DNA of 64,000 nt from positions 288,001 through 352,000 of the forward strand of contig JBJMOW010000005.1 of NCBI GenBank assembly GCA_045803545.1. Direction: 5' to 3'. The translations under genes were made by a program, and so were the position numbers. Every line of letters begins with the position of its first letter. Positions within the stretch are counted from its first letter, which is position 1. The notes under the pieces were generated by a model that was given only the letters and a program-made list of their open reading frames with translations, ran no database searches and had not been told where the DNA came from. The DNA comes from Gemmatimonadaceae bacterium. Lineage in GTDB: Bacteria > Gemmatimonadota > Gemmatimonadetes > Gemmatimonadales > Gemmatimonadaceae. Shown one piece after another: positions 28,522-39,199 of this stretch.

Positions 28522-29469
28522 TCACGCCGCCACTGCCGCGCGGTTCGCGACAAACCACTCGTAGGTCCGCTTCAACCCCTCGGCGAGCTTGATCTTGGGC
28601 GTCCAGCCCAGCGCCCGCACCTTGCTCGAGTCGAGCAGCTTCCGCGGAGTGCCGTCGGGTTTGCTCCGGTCCCATTCGACCGGCCCATCGTAGCCAACCG
28701 CACCCGCCACCGCCTCGGCCAGCTGCTTGATCGACACTTCTTCGCCCGAGCCGACATTGTAAAGTCCGCTCGCCCCCTGCTCCATCAGATCCATTGAGGC
28801 GCGCGCCAGGTCGTCGACGTGCAGGAACTCGCGCAGAGCGGAACCTGTTCCCCATAGTTTCACCGGCTCGCCGAGTCCGCGAGACAATCGCTCCTTTGCC
28901 TCGTGAAATTTGCGGATCATCGCCGGCAATACGTGCGAGCTCTCCAGATCGAAGTTGTCGCCCGGACCATAGAGATTGGTCGGCATCAGCGACAGCCAGC
29001 GATAGCCGTACTCCTGATTCGCGGCTTCCACCAACTTCAGTCCGGCGATTTTCGCGATCGCGTATGGCTCGTTGGTCGGCTCCAGGGGACCGGTCAACAG
29101 ATAATCTTCGCGCAGCGGTTGATCGGCGAGCTTCGGATAGATGCACGAGCTGCCGAAGAACACGACCTTCTTCACGTCGTGCTCCATCGCGCCACCGAGA
29201 ATGTTGTTCTGGATCTGCAGATTCTCGAACAGGAATTCCCAGCGCTCGGTGTTGTTGGCGTGAATGCCGCCCACCTTCGCCGCCGCCAGAAAGATTATCT
29301 CCGGGCGCTCGGCGCGGAAAAACTCGGCGACCGCGGTCTGGTCGCGCAGGTCCAGCTGCGACCTCGTCCTCGTGATCAGCGAAGCGTAAGACCTTCGCTC
29401 CAGCTCGCGGACTAGCGCCGATCCAACCAACCCACGGTGACCGGCGACGTAAACCTTGCTGCCCTTCAC
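28522..29469 (-). CDS. fcl: GDP-L-fucose synthase
   Basis: GTG start overlapping the gmd stop (GTGA). [53 protein letters not shown]. Confidence 0.95.
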   Translation of the reverse strand: MKGSKVYVAGHRGLVGSALVRELERRSYASLITRTRSQLDLRDQTAVAEFFRAERPEIIFLAAAKVGGIHANNTERWEFLFENLQIQNNILGGAMEHDVKKVVFFGSSCIYPKLADQPLREDYLLTGPLEPTNEPYAIAKIAGLKLVEAANQEYGYRWLSLMPTNLYGPGDNFDLESSHVLPAMIRKFHEAKERLSRGLGEPVKLWGTGSALREFLHVDDLARASMDLMEQGASGLYNVGSGEEVSIKQLAEAVAGAVGYDGPVEWDRSKPDGTPRKLLDSSKVRALGWTPKIKLAEGLKRTYEWFVANRAAVAA

Positions 29470-30563
29470 TGGCCGGCCAGCACCGGTCGCATGAACTCCA
29501 GCGACGGCTCGAGACTGAATGGCTCGTTGCGCTGCACCGCGGTCAGATCCGCGTCCGCCATCATGTGCACCAGGTCGATGAAGCTGCAACGCGGCTTCCA
29601 ACCAAAGGTGCGGCGCGCCTTGGTCGCGTCTCCCTGCAACAGGTCGACTTCGGTCGGACGATGATAGCGCGGGTCGATCGCCACCAGCTCGGTGCCGCTC
29701 TCCGTGTCGACTCCGATTTCGTCCGCACCTTCTCCGCGAAATTCGAGATTGAAGCCGAGTCGCGCGAAGGCCAGGGTGCAGAACTCGCGCACCGAGTGGG
29801 TCTCGCCGGTAGCGAGGACGAAGTCGTCGGGCGTTGCACACTGGACGATCTTCCACATGCCCTCGACGTAGTCGGCGGCAAAACCCCAGTCGCGCTTCGC
29901 CGCCAGATTGCCGAGGTAAAGCTTGTCCTGCAGTCCCTCACGAATGCGGGCCGCAGCCATGGTGATCTTTCTCGTCACGAAGGTCTCGCCGCGAATCGGC
30001 GACTCGTGATTGAATAGAATCCCGTTCGACGCGTGGATGCCGTAAGCCTCGCGATAGTTCACCGTGATCCAGTAGGCGTAAAGCTTGGCGACGCCATAAG
30101 GAGAGCGCGGATAGAACGGCGTGCGCTCGGTCTGCGGAATCTCCTGCGCCTTGCCATAGAGCTCGGATGTCGATGCCTGATAGAATTTCACCCGGCCCGT
30201 CATTCCAAGGATGCGCAGCGCCTCCAGCAATCTCAGCGTACCCATCCCGTCCGAGTTGGCAGTGTATTCCGGTGTATCAAACGAAACCTGGACGTGGCTC
30301 TGGGCGGCGAGATTGTAGATCTCGTCCGGCTGGGTTTCCTGGATGATGCGAATGAGGTTGGTCGCATCAGTGAGATCCCCGTAGTGCATGAAGAACCGCG
30401 CCTGAACTTCATGGGGATCCGCATAAATGCCGTCGACTCGCTGGGTGTTGAACATCGAGGAACGGCGCTTGATGCCATGCACGATGTATCCCTTCGCCAG
30501 CAGCAATCGCGCGAGATAGGCTCCGTCCTGCCCGGTAACACCTGTGATGAGTGCGGTCTTCAT
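29466..30563 (-). CDS. gmd: GDP-mannose 4,6-dehydratase
   Basis: [52 protein letters not shown]. Confidence 0.97.
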   Translation of the reverse strand: MKTALITGVTGQDGAYLARLLLAKGYIVHGIKRRSSMFNTQRVDGIYADPHEVQARFFMHYGDLTDATNLIRIIQETQPDEIYNLAAQSHVQVSFDTPEYTANSDGMGTLRLLEALRILGMTGRVKFYQASTSELYGKAQEIPQTERTPFYPRSPYGVAKLYAYWITVNYREAYGIHASNGILFNHESPIRGETFVTRKITMAAARIREGLQDKLYLGNLAAKRDWGFAADYVEGMWKIVQCATPDDFVLATGETHSVREFCTLAFARLGFNLEFRGEGADEIGVDTESGTELVAIDPRYHRPTEVDLLQGDATKARRTFGWKPRCSFIDLVHMMADADLTAVQRNEPFSLEPSLEFMRPVLAGQ

Positions 30564-30591
30564 GATCGAGATAATGTACCTTTGATTACCT

Positions 30592-31383
30592 GTGCCTGAT
30601 CGCCTGGATTTCCATAATCACGTCATCCCCAACGTCGACGATGGGTCTCCCACTCTCGACGTCTCCCTCGGCGCCATCGAGACGATGCACGCGCAAGGCA
30701 TCGGAGACATCATCGCCAGTCCGCACCTGCGCGCCTCGCATCTTCGCGCCGGCAAAAAGTGGGACGAGTACGCTGCGCGCGTCGACAGCATGTGGGAGGT
30801 GCTGCGAACGACCGCGGCGCGCTCCCCGGTGCGCCTCCACCGCGGCTTCGAGATCCTGCTCGACGAGCCGACGATCGACCTTTCCAACCCGCTGCTCCGG
30901 CTCGCCGGCTCGAACTTCGTTCTCGTCGAATTTCCCTTCGAGTTCATTCCACCTCACAGCGCTGACGCGCTTTTCAATATCAGAGTACAGAATCGTTATC
31001 CGATCGTCGCGCATCCCGAACGGTACCTCGATGTTCAGCAAAGTCCGGGACGCGTGGTCGATTGGCTCAGGGTCGGGGCGCATCTGCAGTCGAACGCGGG
31101 CTCCTTTGTCGGGCACTACGGCCGGGCGCCCGAGAGAATCGCGTGGCATCTGCTGAAAGCAGGCGTCATCTCATACGTCTGCAGCGATTACCACGCGACG
31201 GGCCCGTGTCACACCGCCGCCGCGGCGCGCCGCATCGAGCGCAGGTACGGGAAAGAAATCGTCAATCTTCTATTCTCCGAAAATCCGCGGCGGATCCTGC
31301 GCAACGAGCCACCGCTTCCGGTGTCGCCAAAGCCGAGAGGCTTCTTCTCAGGACTTATTAAGAAACGGAACCGGAATGCGTAG
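30592..31383 (+). CDS. PHP-family protein-tyrosine phosphatase (CpsB/CapC type)
   Basis: [30 protein letters not shown]. Confidence 0.9.
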   Translation: MPDRLDFHNHVIPNVDDGSPTLDVSLGAIETMHAQGIGDIIASPHLRASHLRAGKKWDEYAARVDSMWEVLRTTAARSPVRLHRGFEILLDEPTIDLSNPLLRLAGSNFVLVEFPFEFIPPHSADALFNIRVQNRYPIVAHPERYLDVQQSPGRVVDWLRVGAHLQSNAGSFVGHYGRAPERIAWHLLKAGVISYVCSDYHATGPCHTAAAARRIERRYGKEIVNLLFSENPRRILRNEPPLPVSPKPRGFFSGLIKKRNRNA

Positions 31384-33867
31384 ACCGCCCTCGGCCTGGG
31401 GCTCGGCGTTCTGATAACGGTAGTTGTACTGGTAGTAGCCGTACTTCCCGTACATGCCGTAATAGCGGTTGCTCTCGAAGTCGACGTCGTTGAGCACTGC
31501 GCCAAGGAGCGGCGCGCGTACGTTGGCGAGCTGTTCGACGGCGTACATCAAACCGCTCTTCTCGGTGACCGCGGCGCGCGCGATCAGCACCACTCCGTCG
31601 GCAACGGTGCCGAGCACCGCGGCGTCGGTCACCACGTTGAGCGGTGGCGAGTCGATGATGATGACGTCGTACTTGGACTCGAGCTCGGCCAGGAGATTTT
31701 TCATCTTCTGAGAGCCGAGCAGCTCCGCGGGATTCGGCGGCAGCGTCCCGGTAGCGAGCACGTCGAGGGAGACATTCTCCCCCAGATCGATCGCGTGTAC
31801 CGTCGTCGCCAGATCGGCGCCGGCGAGCAGCACGTTGGTAAGACCGGGCTCGCGCGGTTTTCCGAAGACGGTATTGAGCATGCCGCGACGCAGATCGCTG
31901 TCGATCAACAGGGTCTTCACGCCCTGCTGCGCGATGGTGATGGCAAGGTTCGCGGCGCTGGTGGTCTTCCCATCGCCAGGCATCGGACTGGTGAATACGA
32001 GAGTCTTGGCGATCTCGTCCGGGCGCGCGAAGGTGATGTTGGTGCGCATGGTGCGATACGCTTCCGACACCGGACTGCGTGGATCGGCGCCGCTGATCAG
32101 GCGATCGTTGAGACCGGGACGCAGCGCAGTGGACTTCGACGTCGCAGTGATCGCGTTGGACTTTTTCCGCCACGGCAGTCTCTTTCGCTTCGCACCTTGC
32201 AGGCGTGCGCCGTCTTTCGGAATGCGTGGAATCAGTCCGAGGATCGGCACGCCAGTGACAAACTGCACGTCATCCTTGGTGTGAACTGTCTGGTCCATCG
32301 ACTCGCGCAGGAACGCGAGACCAACGCTGAACATGAGACCGAGCAGCGCCGCCATCGTCACGACGAGCGGCCGCTTTGGTCGCACCGGTTTGATGGGAAG
32401 AATCGCTTCGTCGACGACGCCGACAGATGGATCTTCAGCGGCTTCGGTGATCTCGGTTTCCTTGAGTCGTGTCTGAAGCAGTGTGTAGATGTCCTCGAGG
32501 ACTTTCGGCCGGCGCTCGAGGCGAGCGAACTCGACTTCCTTCGCCGGAATTTGTTGCAGCTGTGTCCCGAATTGGGCGAGCGATGCGTCCAGCGCCGCGA
32601 CCTGATTGGTCAGGCCCTGCAGGTACGTCTCACCAACTGCTCTGAGCTGTTGCTCGAGCTCCTTAATGCGGGCCGCCAAAGCTACGACGTCAGGATCCTG
32701 CGGCGTGCGGCGCACCAGCAATTGCGCGCGCTGGCTCTCGAGATCCGTCAGGGCGGCGAGAGTCTGATTGGTGACCGTGTTCTTGAACAGCGTCGGGAAC
32801 GAGAGCAGGCGGCGGTAAGGCGACGGATCATTGGGGTCCGATTTCGCTGCCGTTGCCTGAATTTCCGACAGCAGCTGCGACAGTGCGATACGCTCGGCGT
32901 CGAGCGCGCTCCGCTGACCCTGAAGGTCGACCAGCCTGGTGACCTGTGCCTGGCCTTCGGCGGGAAGGTTCACGACCTGCGCGCCCTCGCGGAAGTTCTT
33001 CAGAACGTTTTCTGATTGAGCGAGCTGCTGCGAGATCGTGTCGAGCTGTTCGCGTAGGAAGCGCGCGACGCTGCGGGACTCGGTCTTTTGAATCTCGCGC
33101 CGACGCGCCATGAAGCGAGTCGCCAGTACGTTTGGGACCTGGCCAACGACTTCGGGATCGGTGCCCTCATAACGCGCGACGATCAGGTTTGCGGTTCGCG
33201 ACGGGCGGCTGATTATCAGCGCCCTACTCAAGTTTCGCACCGCGTCCTGTTCCTGAACCACATCAAAGTTGATCGAGGAATACTCGAGTGCCGCGATGTG
33301 CAATGCGAAGGTTACTCCGTCCACGGTGATCGGTTCACCTGGTGCGACTGGTCCCACCGATGCTTGGGTTCTCTGGGTGGCGACGCGGAACCTGCCGCCC
33401 TGGATGCGCACTATGTCGAAGTGTCCGGTCGGCGCCGTGCGATCGACTCGAAGGGTCGAGAAGATGCTGGAGCGCGGAACGCGACTCGGCTCCCTAATGA
33501 CGGCACGAAGGCCCAATGAATCGATCACGTTTTCCGCGAGATTCCGGCTCTTGAGCACTTCCATCTCCGTGACGAGGTCACTGCTCCCGCTGCCGAGGGC
33601 CTGTAGTTCGTCGAGCGCGGGAATCCGCGACTTCTCTTCATCGACCCGAATCGACGTCGAGGCCTCATAGACCGGAGTACTGCGCACGGCCCACGTTGCT
33701 GCGGCGGCGATGAAAAGGAGCGTGCAGATGATGATGAGCCAGCGGTTTCTCATCAGCAGGTGCCATGTATCCTGGAAAGTTCGCTCCTGCCCGGGATATT
33801 GCGGCGGGATCTGCGAGCCGTTGTCAGGGCTGGAAAAGCCACGGTGCAGGTCGATGGCGGTGGTCAT
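31348..33867 (-). CDS. wzc: Polysaccharide co-polymerase / tyrosine autokinase
   Basis: Two TMs around a coiled coil; EAYRTMRTN, Walker A PGDGKTT, IDSDLR, IIDSPP; C-terminal Tyr cluster YYGMYGKYGYYQYNYRY. Confidence 0.93.
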   Translation of the reverse strand: MTTAIDLHRGFSSPDNGSQIPPQYPGQERTFQDTWHLLMRNRWLIIICTLLFIAAAATWAVRSTPVYEASTSIRVDEEKSRIPALDELQALGSGSSDLVTEMEVLKSRNLAENVIDSLGLRAVIREPSRVPRSSIFSTLRVDRTAPTGHFDIVRIQGGRFRVATQRTQASVGPVAPGEPITVDGVTFALHIAALEYSSINFDVVQEQDAVRNLSRALIISRPSRTANLIVARYEGTDPEVVGQVPNVLATRFMARRREIQKTESRSVARFLREQLDTISQQLAQSENVLKNFREGAQVVNLPAEGQAQVTRLVDLQGQRSALDAERIALSQLLSEIQATAAKSDPNDPSPYRRLLSFPTLFKNTVTNQTLAALTDLESQRAQLLVRRTPQDPDVVALAARIKELEQQLRAVGETYLQGLTNQVAALDASLAQFGTQLQQIPAKEVEFARLERRPKVLEDIYTLLQTRLKETEITEAAEDPSVGVVDEAILPIKPVRPKRPLVVTMAALLGLMFSVGLAFLRESMDQTVHTKDDVQFVTGVPILGLIPRIPKDGARLQGAKRKRLPWRKKSNAITATSKSTALRPGLNDRLISGADPRSPVSEAYRTMRTNITFARPDEIAKTLVFTSPMPGDGKTTSAANLAITIAQQGVKTLLIDSDLRRGMLNTVFGKPREPGLTNVLLAGADLATTVHAIDLGENVSLDVLATGTLPPNPAELLGSQKMKNLLAELESKYDVIIIDSPPLNVVTDAAVLGTVADGVVLIARAAVTEKSGLMYAVEQLANVRAPLLGAVLNDVDFESNRYYGMYGKYGYYQYNYRYQNAEPQAEGGLRIPVPFLNKS

Positions 33868-33876
33868 TGTGTGACT

Positions 33877-34524
33877 TTAGTGTCTGAGGAAAAGGGCGAT
33901 GATGAGGCTGGCCGTAACCGACAATCCGGCAGCGACCAGTCCTGAGTTGCGGACGACAAAATTACGTTCGGGCACAAAGAGCTGATCGCCGGATCTAAGT
34001 GGCGTCTCTGCAATGTTGGTTTCCGCTGAAAGAGATTCCGTCACGCGGGTACCATTCCTTACGAGCACGACATGATGCGGATCACCGGCAGGCGTGGCAC
34101 CGCCCGCGAGAGCGAGCGCATCCGCGATCGTCATGGTGGGATCAACAGGATAGAGGCCAGGGCTTTTTACCGCGCCGAGGACATTGATGCGGCGCAGCAT
34201 GGTGACCTCCACTGACGGATTTCGCAGATACTGGGCGTAGCTCTCGAGGAGCTTGGCTTTGAGCGTGGACGCGTTGTAGTCAGAAACTTGGAAGGGTCCG
34301 AGCTTCGGAAACGTGACTGTGCCTGATTCATCGACCGGAAAGTCGCCGGAGAGGTCGGGCTCGCGCCAAATGCGGAGCCGGACAATATCACCGGGCCGAA
34401 GCAGCGCGTGCGCGGAATCCGTTGCAGCAGGTCCTGTTGACAGCGTTTGCGCGATTCCGACGCGGGACGAGATGATGCCCATTAGGAGCCCGAGCATTAA
34501 ACGAGATTTTGCAAAACCGACCAT
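33877..34524 (-). CDS. wza: Short polysaccharide export protein (Poly_export + one SLBB)
   Basis: Start taken at MVGFAK. LRPGDIVRL..W.EPDLSG, VLGAVKSPGLY, LRSGD.L.VP. Confidence 0.85.
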   Translation of the reverse strand: MVGFAKSRLMLGLLMGIISSRVGIAQTLSTGPAATDSAHALLRPGDIVRLRIWREPDLSGDFPVDESGTVTFPKLGPFQVSDYNASTLKAKLLESYAQYLRNPSVEVTMLRRINVLGAVKSPGLYPVDPTMTIADALALAGGATPAGDPHHVVLVRNGTRVTESLSAETNIAETPLRSGDQLFVPERNFVVRNSGLVAAGLSVTASLIIALFLRH

Positions 34525-34859
34525 TGCACCTAGACCGTCGAGACTCGTCCATAACGCTGGAAGACCTTCCGGATGAGCTGCATCCGACTGCTTTGGCATT
34601 TAATAACTTAGAGCCTGGCGGCTTCAGTCACAAATGTGCGTGGTGTGACGAATGTGGATAAACGCGAGCCATAATAGGGCGATACCGCCAACAATACAAG
34701 CAGACGTTTTCTGTTTACTGGTGAGACCGGCCTATGGGCGGTTAATACTTGCTTTGATACGTCCGTAACGCTATCGAGAGGTCCCAGCTCAGCAACTCTC
34801 AAAGTTTTTTTGGCCAAGACAGGCATCCGCGCCTGACCGATGTCCTTTTATTTCGCCGT

Positions 34860-36113
34860 ATGTTCGCCGAAAACTCTGTTCGCGTAGCGGTAATCACATC
34901 TAACTATTGGCCCGAGCGTACCGGAATCGGTCAAGTGACGACCGAGTTCGCCGAGTATCTAGCTAGTCGAGGCGTTGATGTCAGGGTCGCGACGGCGAAG
35001 CCGTACTATCCAGAATGGTCCATCTACCCGGGTTACAGGAGAAACCTCTGGACAACGGAAGTACGTAACGGAGTAACCATTCACCGGGCAGCGCACTACG
35101 CTGCGCCAAACCCAACTACCTTCAGCAGGATCTGGCACGAAATAACGCTATGCTTTTTGACCGTTCCGAACGTTATCCGTGCTCTGCGGAATGTGAAGGC
35201 GGCGTTCGTTGTTTCGCCTGACCTTTCACATGCATTCGTGGGCTGTGTGCTGGCCAGATTGTTGGGTGTTCCCGTCACACTCATAGTACAGGATGTCATG
35301 CCCGACGCTGCAATCGATATGGGCATGCTGACCAACAAGCTGGTGATTGGAGTGTCGCGCCTTCTCGCACACGCGAACTATGCGTTGGCCAACACAATAA
35401 ACACACTCAGCCACGGTATGAAGGAACGAATAGCGCGCGCTATCCCTAATACGGACAAAATCAAAATTGTTCCGAACACGATCGAATCCGGTGAGCTCGC
35501 TCTTGGACCCGATCAGGGCAAAATTTTTCGTGACCGATTTGTGCCGAGCGGCGTTTTCGCCGTCATCCATACGGGGAACATGGGGGAAAAGCAGGATCTC
35601 CCTCTCCTACTGCGCACCGCCAGGCGGTTAATCACTCGCCCCGACATTCATTTCTTTGTGTTCGGCGATGGAGCGGTCAAAGAGGAATTTCTACGCGTTA
35701 AAGAAGCATGGCGTCTTACCAATGTTTCGCACTATCCCCTGCAGGAAAGGTCGCTACTTCCCCATATGCTTTTCGGTGCTGACGCATGCTTAGTGAGCCA
35801 GAGACCCGAAGTAGTAGACGTTGTAGTTCCATCGAAACTGATAACTGCAATGGGCGCTGGTGCGATGATAATCGCGGCGTGTTCACCGAACAGTGAATCA
35901 GCGAAGATCATCGAGGACAGCGGCGGTGGGGTTCACATCGCCGCGAGCGATGACGCGGCGCTGGCATCGGCACTCATTAGACTCGTAAACGGAAACATTG
36001 ACACGGCAGCTACCCGCGGTTTCGCCCGCGCGTATGCGGCACGCCACTTTGACCGTGCAAAGACGTATGGCGCTATAACAGAATTGCTAGTCAAGCGGTC
36101 CGGGCCAAAATGA
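34860..36113 (+). CDS. GT4 glycosyltransferase, WcaI-like
   Basis: NYWPE.TGIG..T.E, PYYPEW, VQD..PD, GNMGEKQ, PSKL. Confidence 0.85.
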   Translation: MFAENSVRVAVITSNYWPERTGIGQVTTEFAEYLASRGVDVRVATAKPYYPEWSIYPGYRRNLWTTEVRNGVTIHRAAHYAAPNPTTFSRIWHEITLCFLTVPNVIRALRNVKAAFVVSPDLSHAFVGCVLARLLGVPVTLIVQDVMPDAAIDMGMLTNKLVIGVSRLLAHANYALANTINTLSHGMKERIARAIPNTDKIKIVPNTIESGELALGPDQGKIFRDRFVPSGVFAVIHTGNMGEKQDLPLLLRTARRLITRPDIHFFVFGDGAVKEEFLRVKEAWRLTNVSHYPLQERSLLPHMLFGADACLVSQRPEVVDVVVPSKLITAMGAGAMIIAACSPNSESAKIIEDSGGGVHIAASDDAALASALIRLVNGNIDTAATRGFARAYAARHFDRAKTYGAITELLVKRSGPK

Positions 36114-36134
36114 CTGTTCTGATGGCTTCCGAGA

Positions 36135-37571
36135 TCAGCGGAGGGAAATCCTATTATGTACCGGTGGGTCACGACTTTCCCTCGCGTGGAACAAGGTCCC
36201 TGGAGCAGCCGGTCTATTTGCTGTCGGCGCCCAACGACGTTCGAGTATCAGTCCCGCGATTAAGGGTACCCAAAACATCGGAGATTCGAGAGGACTTTGG
36301 AAAATTCCAAATAGACCGAGATACAGATAGAGAATGATTAGATAGAGCCGTGAGTCGCGACCATTCGTAACAAATCTCGCATAAGCTCCATTCACCACGA
36401 AGCCAAAAAAGAAGCTGAGGACAGCAACACCGATCCACCGAAAATCCTGAAAAACGGAATACAGGACGGTGTAATATGCGTTGCTGAATATCGGGACGTT
36501 GAGTTTGTCGGAGTACCCGATTTTCACAAAGTCGTTGTGAAGAATTCCGTTGTCGCGCGCGACCGAAGGGAGTTCAACGCCGAGGACATGGAATGCATAC
36601 ACGCAGTAATTGTAGACCCCTCCGATCGAGGCTAACCCGTATGTTACCGCAGAATTGAGATGGGAGGCGCGGTCGATGAGTTCGCTGTCAAGGAGTGCGA
36701 ACCCGGCCGTGTGATACCATACGGCAAAATACCCCAGGGTCTCTGACAGAGTGATATCATGTCGACCCAGACGATAGTAGCTCAGAATTGCGAGTAAGGC
36801 GACCAGAGCACCCAGTGCACCAAAAGAAAGCAGCCGCCTGGTTTTCTTGCTGCGATTAGCTTTGGTGGGATCGCTACCACTGCGATTCGCGCGAAACCGT
36901 GCTGCAAAGATGGACGCGAGAAGAAAGAAATAAAGAGTAGTGCGGCCAAATTTCGCGAACGAGTCGAGCATGACCAATAAAGCAACTAGACCGAATAAGA
37001 CGCGCTCCTTGGTCGGCCGCCGCCAGCCTCGTGCGATCACCCACAGAAGTGCGCCGAAAAGGAGTGGGCTTACAATCGATCCATAGAATATTTCGAAAGC
37101 GGCTGACTGGCCGTAGAGCGTGCTCTTCCCCTGCAGGCCCCCGAGCGCGTCCGCCCGGTAACTAGAAAGGTCTCCAACAACTGCGACCTGAGACGCGCCC
37201 ACCGAAAAGACTTTCAATACAGGAACGGCGATGAGCAGGCAAACGACTAGCCAAAATTTCACGACGCGTTCGGAGGCGACTTGTTCGTCCGAGGGGCTGC
37301 GATCTCGGACATAACCCGGCCGGAAAGAGCCGGAAAAAGCGCCGCCGAGGAAGAAAACTAAAGCAGTGAGAACAAGAGTAACCAAGGTCAAACTGGGTGC
37401 TGGTATTCCAATAAAATCCTCCAACGCGACGACAAGCCAGCCAGACCACCACAAGAAAATTATGACCACTGGACTCGTCCAGACGTTGTAGCGGCGTCGG
37501 CAGGCAGCTGCCGCAGCGAACATTAGGGCAACTATCAACAGCTGAACTAACGACGTAACTGACAGGTACAT
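36135..37571 (-). CDS. wzy: O-antigen/polysaccharide polymerase
   Basis: Many TMs; late periplasmic loop NAYYT......QDF...G typical of Wzy. Confidence 0.7.
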   Translation of the reverse strand: MYLSVTSLVQLLIVALMFAAAAACRRRYNVWTSPVVIIFLWWSGWLVVALEDFIGIPAPSLTLVTLVLTALVFFLGGAFSGSFRPGYVRDRSPSDEQVASERVVKFWLVVCLLIAVPVLKVFSVGASQVAVVGDLSSYRADALGGLQGKSTLYGQSAAFEIFYGSIVSPLLFGALLWVIARGWRRPTKERVLFGLVALLVMLDSFAKFGRTTLYFFLLASIFAARFRANRSGSDPTKANRSKKTRRLLSFGALGALVALLAILSYYRLGRHDITLSETLGYFAVWYHTAGFALLDSELIDRASHLNSAVTYGLASIGGVYNYCVYAFHVLGVELPSVARDNGILHNDFVKIGYSDKLNVPIFSNAYYTVLYSVFQDFRWIGVAVLSFFFGFVVNGAYARFVTNGRDSRLYLIILYLYLGLFGIFQSPLESPMFWVPLIAGLILERRWAPTANRPAAPGTLFHARESRDPPVHNRISLR

Positions 37572-37824
37572 GGAATTGGGATAGCCGCCGGAACTGACAC
37601 TGTGAAGGGACTGGTAACCCGCTCGATTTGACAGACTTACGTTCAGTCAGCGATTACTATCCACGCTTTATATGTGCGCGCCGATTCAGCTGCGAGCCGG
37701 TCAGTAGCCAATCTGGAGCAATGCCCGCACAAAGTCACGATAAGATGCTGAGGAATCGAGTGCCCGTTACCGCCGGAAATTTTCCCTTCAATGATACACT
37801 AACGTCGAGAATTCGACGTTGGAA

Positions 37825-39180
37825 ATGAACGACCAGTGGGTTCGTTGGCTGCCATCGACGCTTGGCCGGCGCTTGAGTGGACGCCGCGGTCTACAAGCAA
37901 TTGTCGCAAATACCGGCTGGCTCTTTTTCGATACTTTCGTTCGGCTAGGTATCGGCTTCCTCGTCGGAGTGAAGGTGGCGCGTTATCTCGGTCCTGGCCG
38001 ATACGGCACACTTAATTTCGCGTCAGCCTTGGTGGCGCTCTTCGCGTCGGTTGCGTCACTTGGCTTGAACTCCATCCTAGTAAGGGATCTAGTGCGGTAT
38101 CCTGAAAAACGCGATGACCTTATAGGATCCGCATTCAGGTTAAAGCTTATCGGTGGTGTTTCTGCGTTCGTTCTGGGTCAAGTATGTGTATTCGTACTCC
38201 GACCAACGGACACCGTAAGCCAGCTCCTCGTTGCGATAATCGCTTCGAGTTTGATTTTCCAAGCAATGGACGTTGTGGATTCATGGCTCCAGTCGAAGGT
38301 GGAGTCGCGATTTGCAGTTTACGCACGCAACGTCGCTGTTCTCGTCGCCGCCGCTGTCAAAGTTGCGCTCATCATTGGGCGGGCGAGCTTGGTGGCTTTC
38401 GCGTGGGCGACCATGGTAGAGGCTGTTGTGGCGGCCATAGGCTTCGGCGTAGTTGCAAAATTACGCCTTCCTAGTCGCTGGTATCGCAGTGGCACATGGC
38501 CTCTCATGAGAGGGCTTCTGAAAGAAAGCTGGCCTCTTATGTTCTCCGGAATCGCGATAATGCTGTACATGCGGATCGATCAAATCATGTTGGCACAGAT
38601 GATAGGCGCAAGCGAAGTGGGGATTTATTCCGCAGCTCTAAGGATTTCCGAAATCTGGTATGTCATTCCGACAGCGATTGTGATTTCGGTTGCTCCATCG
38701 CTTACCGAGGCGCGTGAGAGATCGCAGCAGTTATATCAAGAGCGTTTTGAACAAGTCGTGCGTAACCTCGCAATCGTCGCCTATGGCGTCGCTCTCCTCG
38801 TGTTTGCAAGTGGCCAAAAAATCGTGGTGCTCTTATATGGCCAGTCATTCGCATCCGCCGGACCAATTCTCACCGTCCACGTCTGGGCTGCCGTTTTCGT
38901 ATTCGTGGGAGTCGCCGGCACCCCGTGGGTATTGAACGAAGGCCTGACAAGAATCGCTTTATATCGAACGGCCCTTGGTGCGCTCATCAACATTCTGCTC
39001 AATGTCGTTCTAATTCCTAAGTACGGAGGATTGGGTGCGGCTACAGCAACTATTATCTCGCAAGCTATTTCAGCCTGGATTTCCAACTTGTTTTTTGGAC
39101 CGGCGAGCCGCCACCTGTTCTATGTACAGACTAGAGCGCTATCGTTGGGCATTCTGAAACCCTCGCGGTGGCAGCGCTGA
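37825..39180 (+). CDS. wzx: Wzx flippase
   Basis: NTGWLF, VARYLGP..YG, LLKESWPL, YMRIDQIML, VGIYSAA.RISE, LIPKYG..GAA.AT. Confidence 0.92.
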   Translation: MNDQWVRWLPSTLGRRLSGRRGLQAIVANTGWLFFDTFVRLGIGFLVGVKVARYLGPGRYGTLNFASALVALFASVASLGLNSILVRDLVRYPEKRDDLIGSAFRLKLIGGVSAFVLGQVCVFVLRPTDTVSQLLVAIIASSLIFQAMDVVDSWLQSKVESRFAVYARNVAVLVAAAVKVALIIGRASLVAFAWATMVEAVVAAIGFGVVAKLRLPSRWYRSGTWPLMRGLLKESWPLMFSGIAIMLYMRIDQIMLAQMIGASEVGIYSAALRISEIWYVIPTAIVISVAPSLTEARERSQQLYQERFEQVVRNLAIVAYGVALLVFASGQKIVVLLYGQSFASAGPILTVHVWAAVFVFVGVAGTPWVLNEGLTRIALYRTALGALINILLNVVLIPKYGGLGAATATIISQAISAWISNLFFGPASRHLFYVQTRALSLGILKPSRWQR

Positions 39181-39199
39181 CTTCGCGTTTCGTCTTGTT

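Noticed and set aside
29470..29856. Long N-terminal extension of fcl in the ORF track (likewise for asnB at 16039, cca at 62560 and the methyltransferase at 12350)
   Set aside because: The extensions overlap upstream genes; homology begins at later start codons.
31795..33015. Long antisense ORF (406 aa) opposite wzc, and similar ones opposite capD, ugd, asparaginase and the GT at 7487
   Set aside because: They shadow well-supported genes, lack motifs, and are expected from high-GC codon bias.
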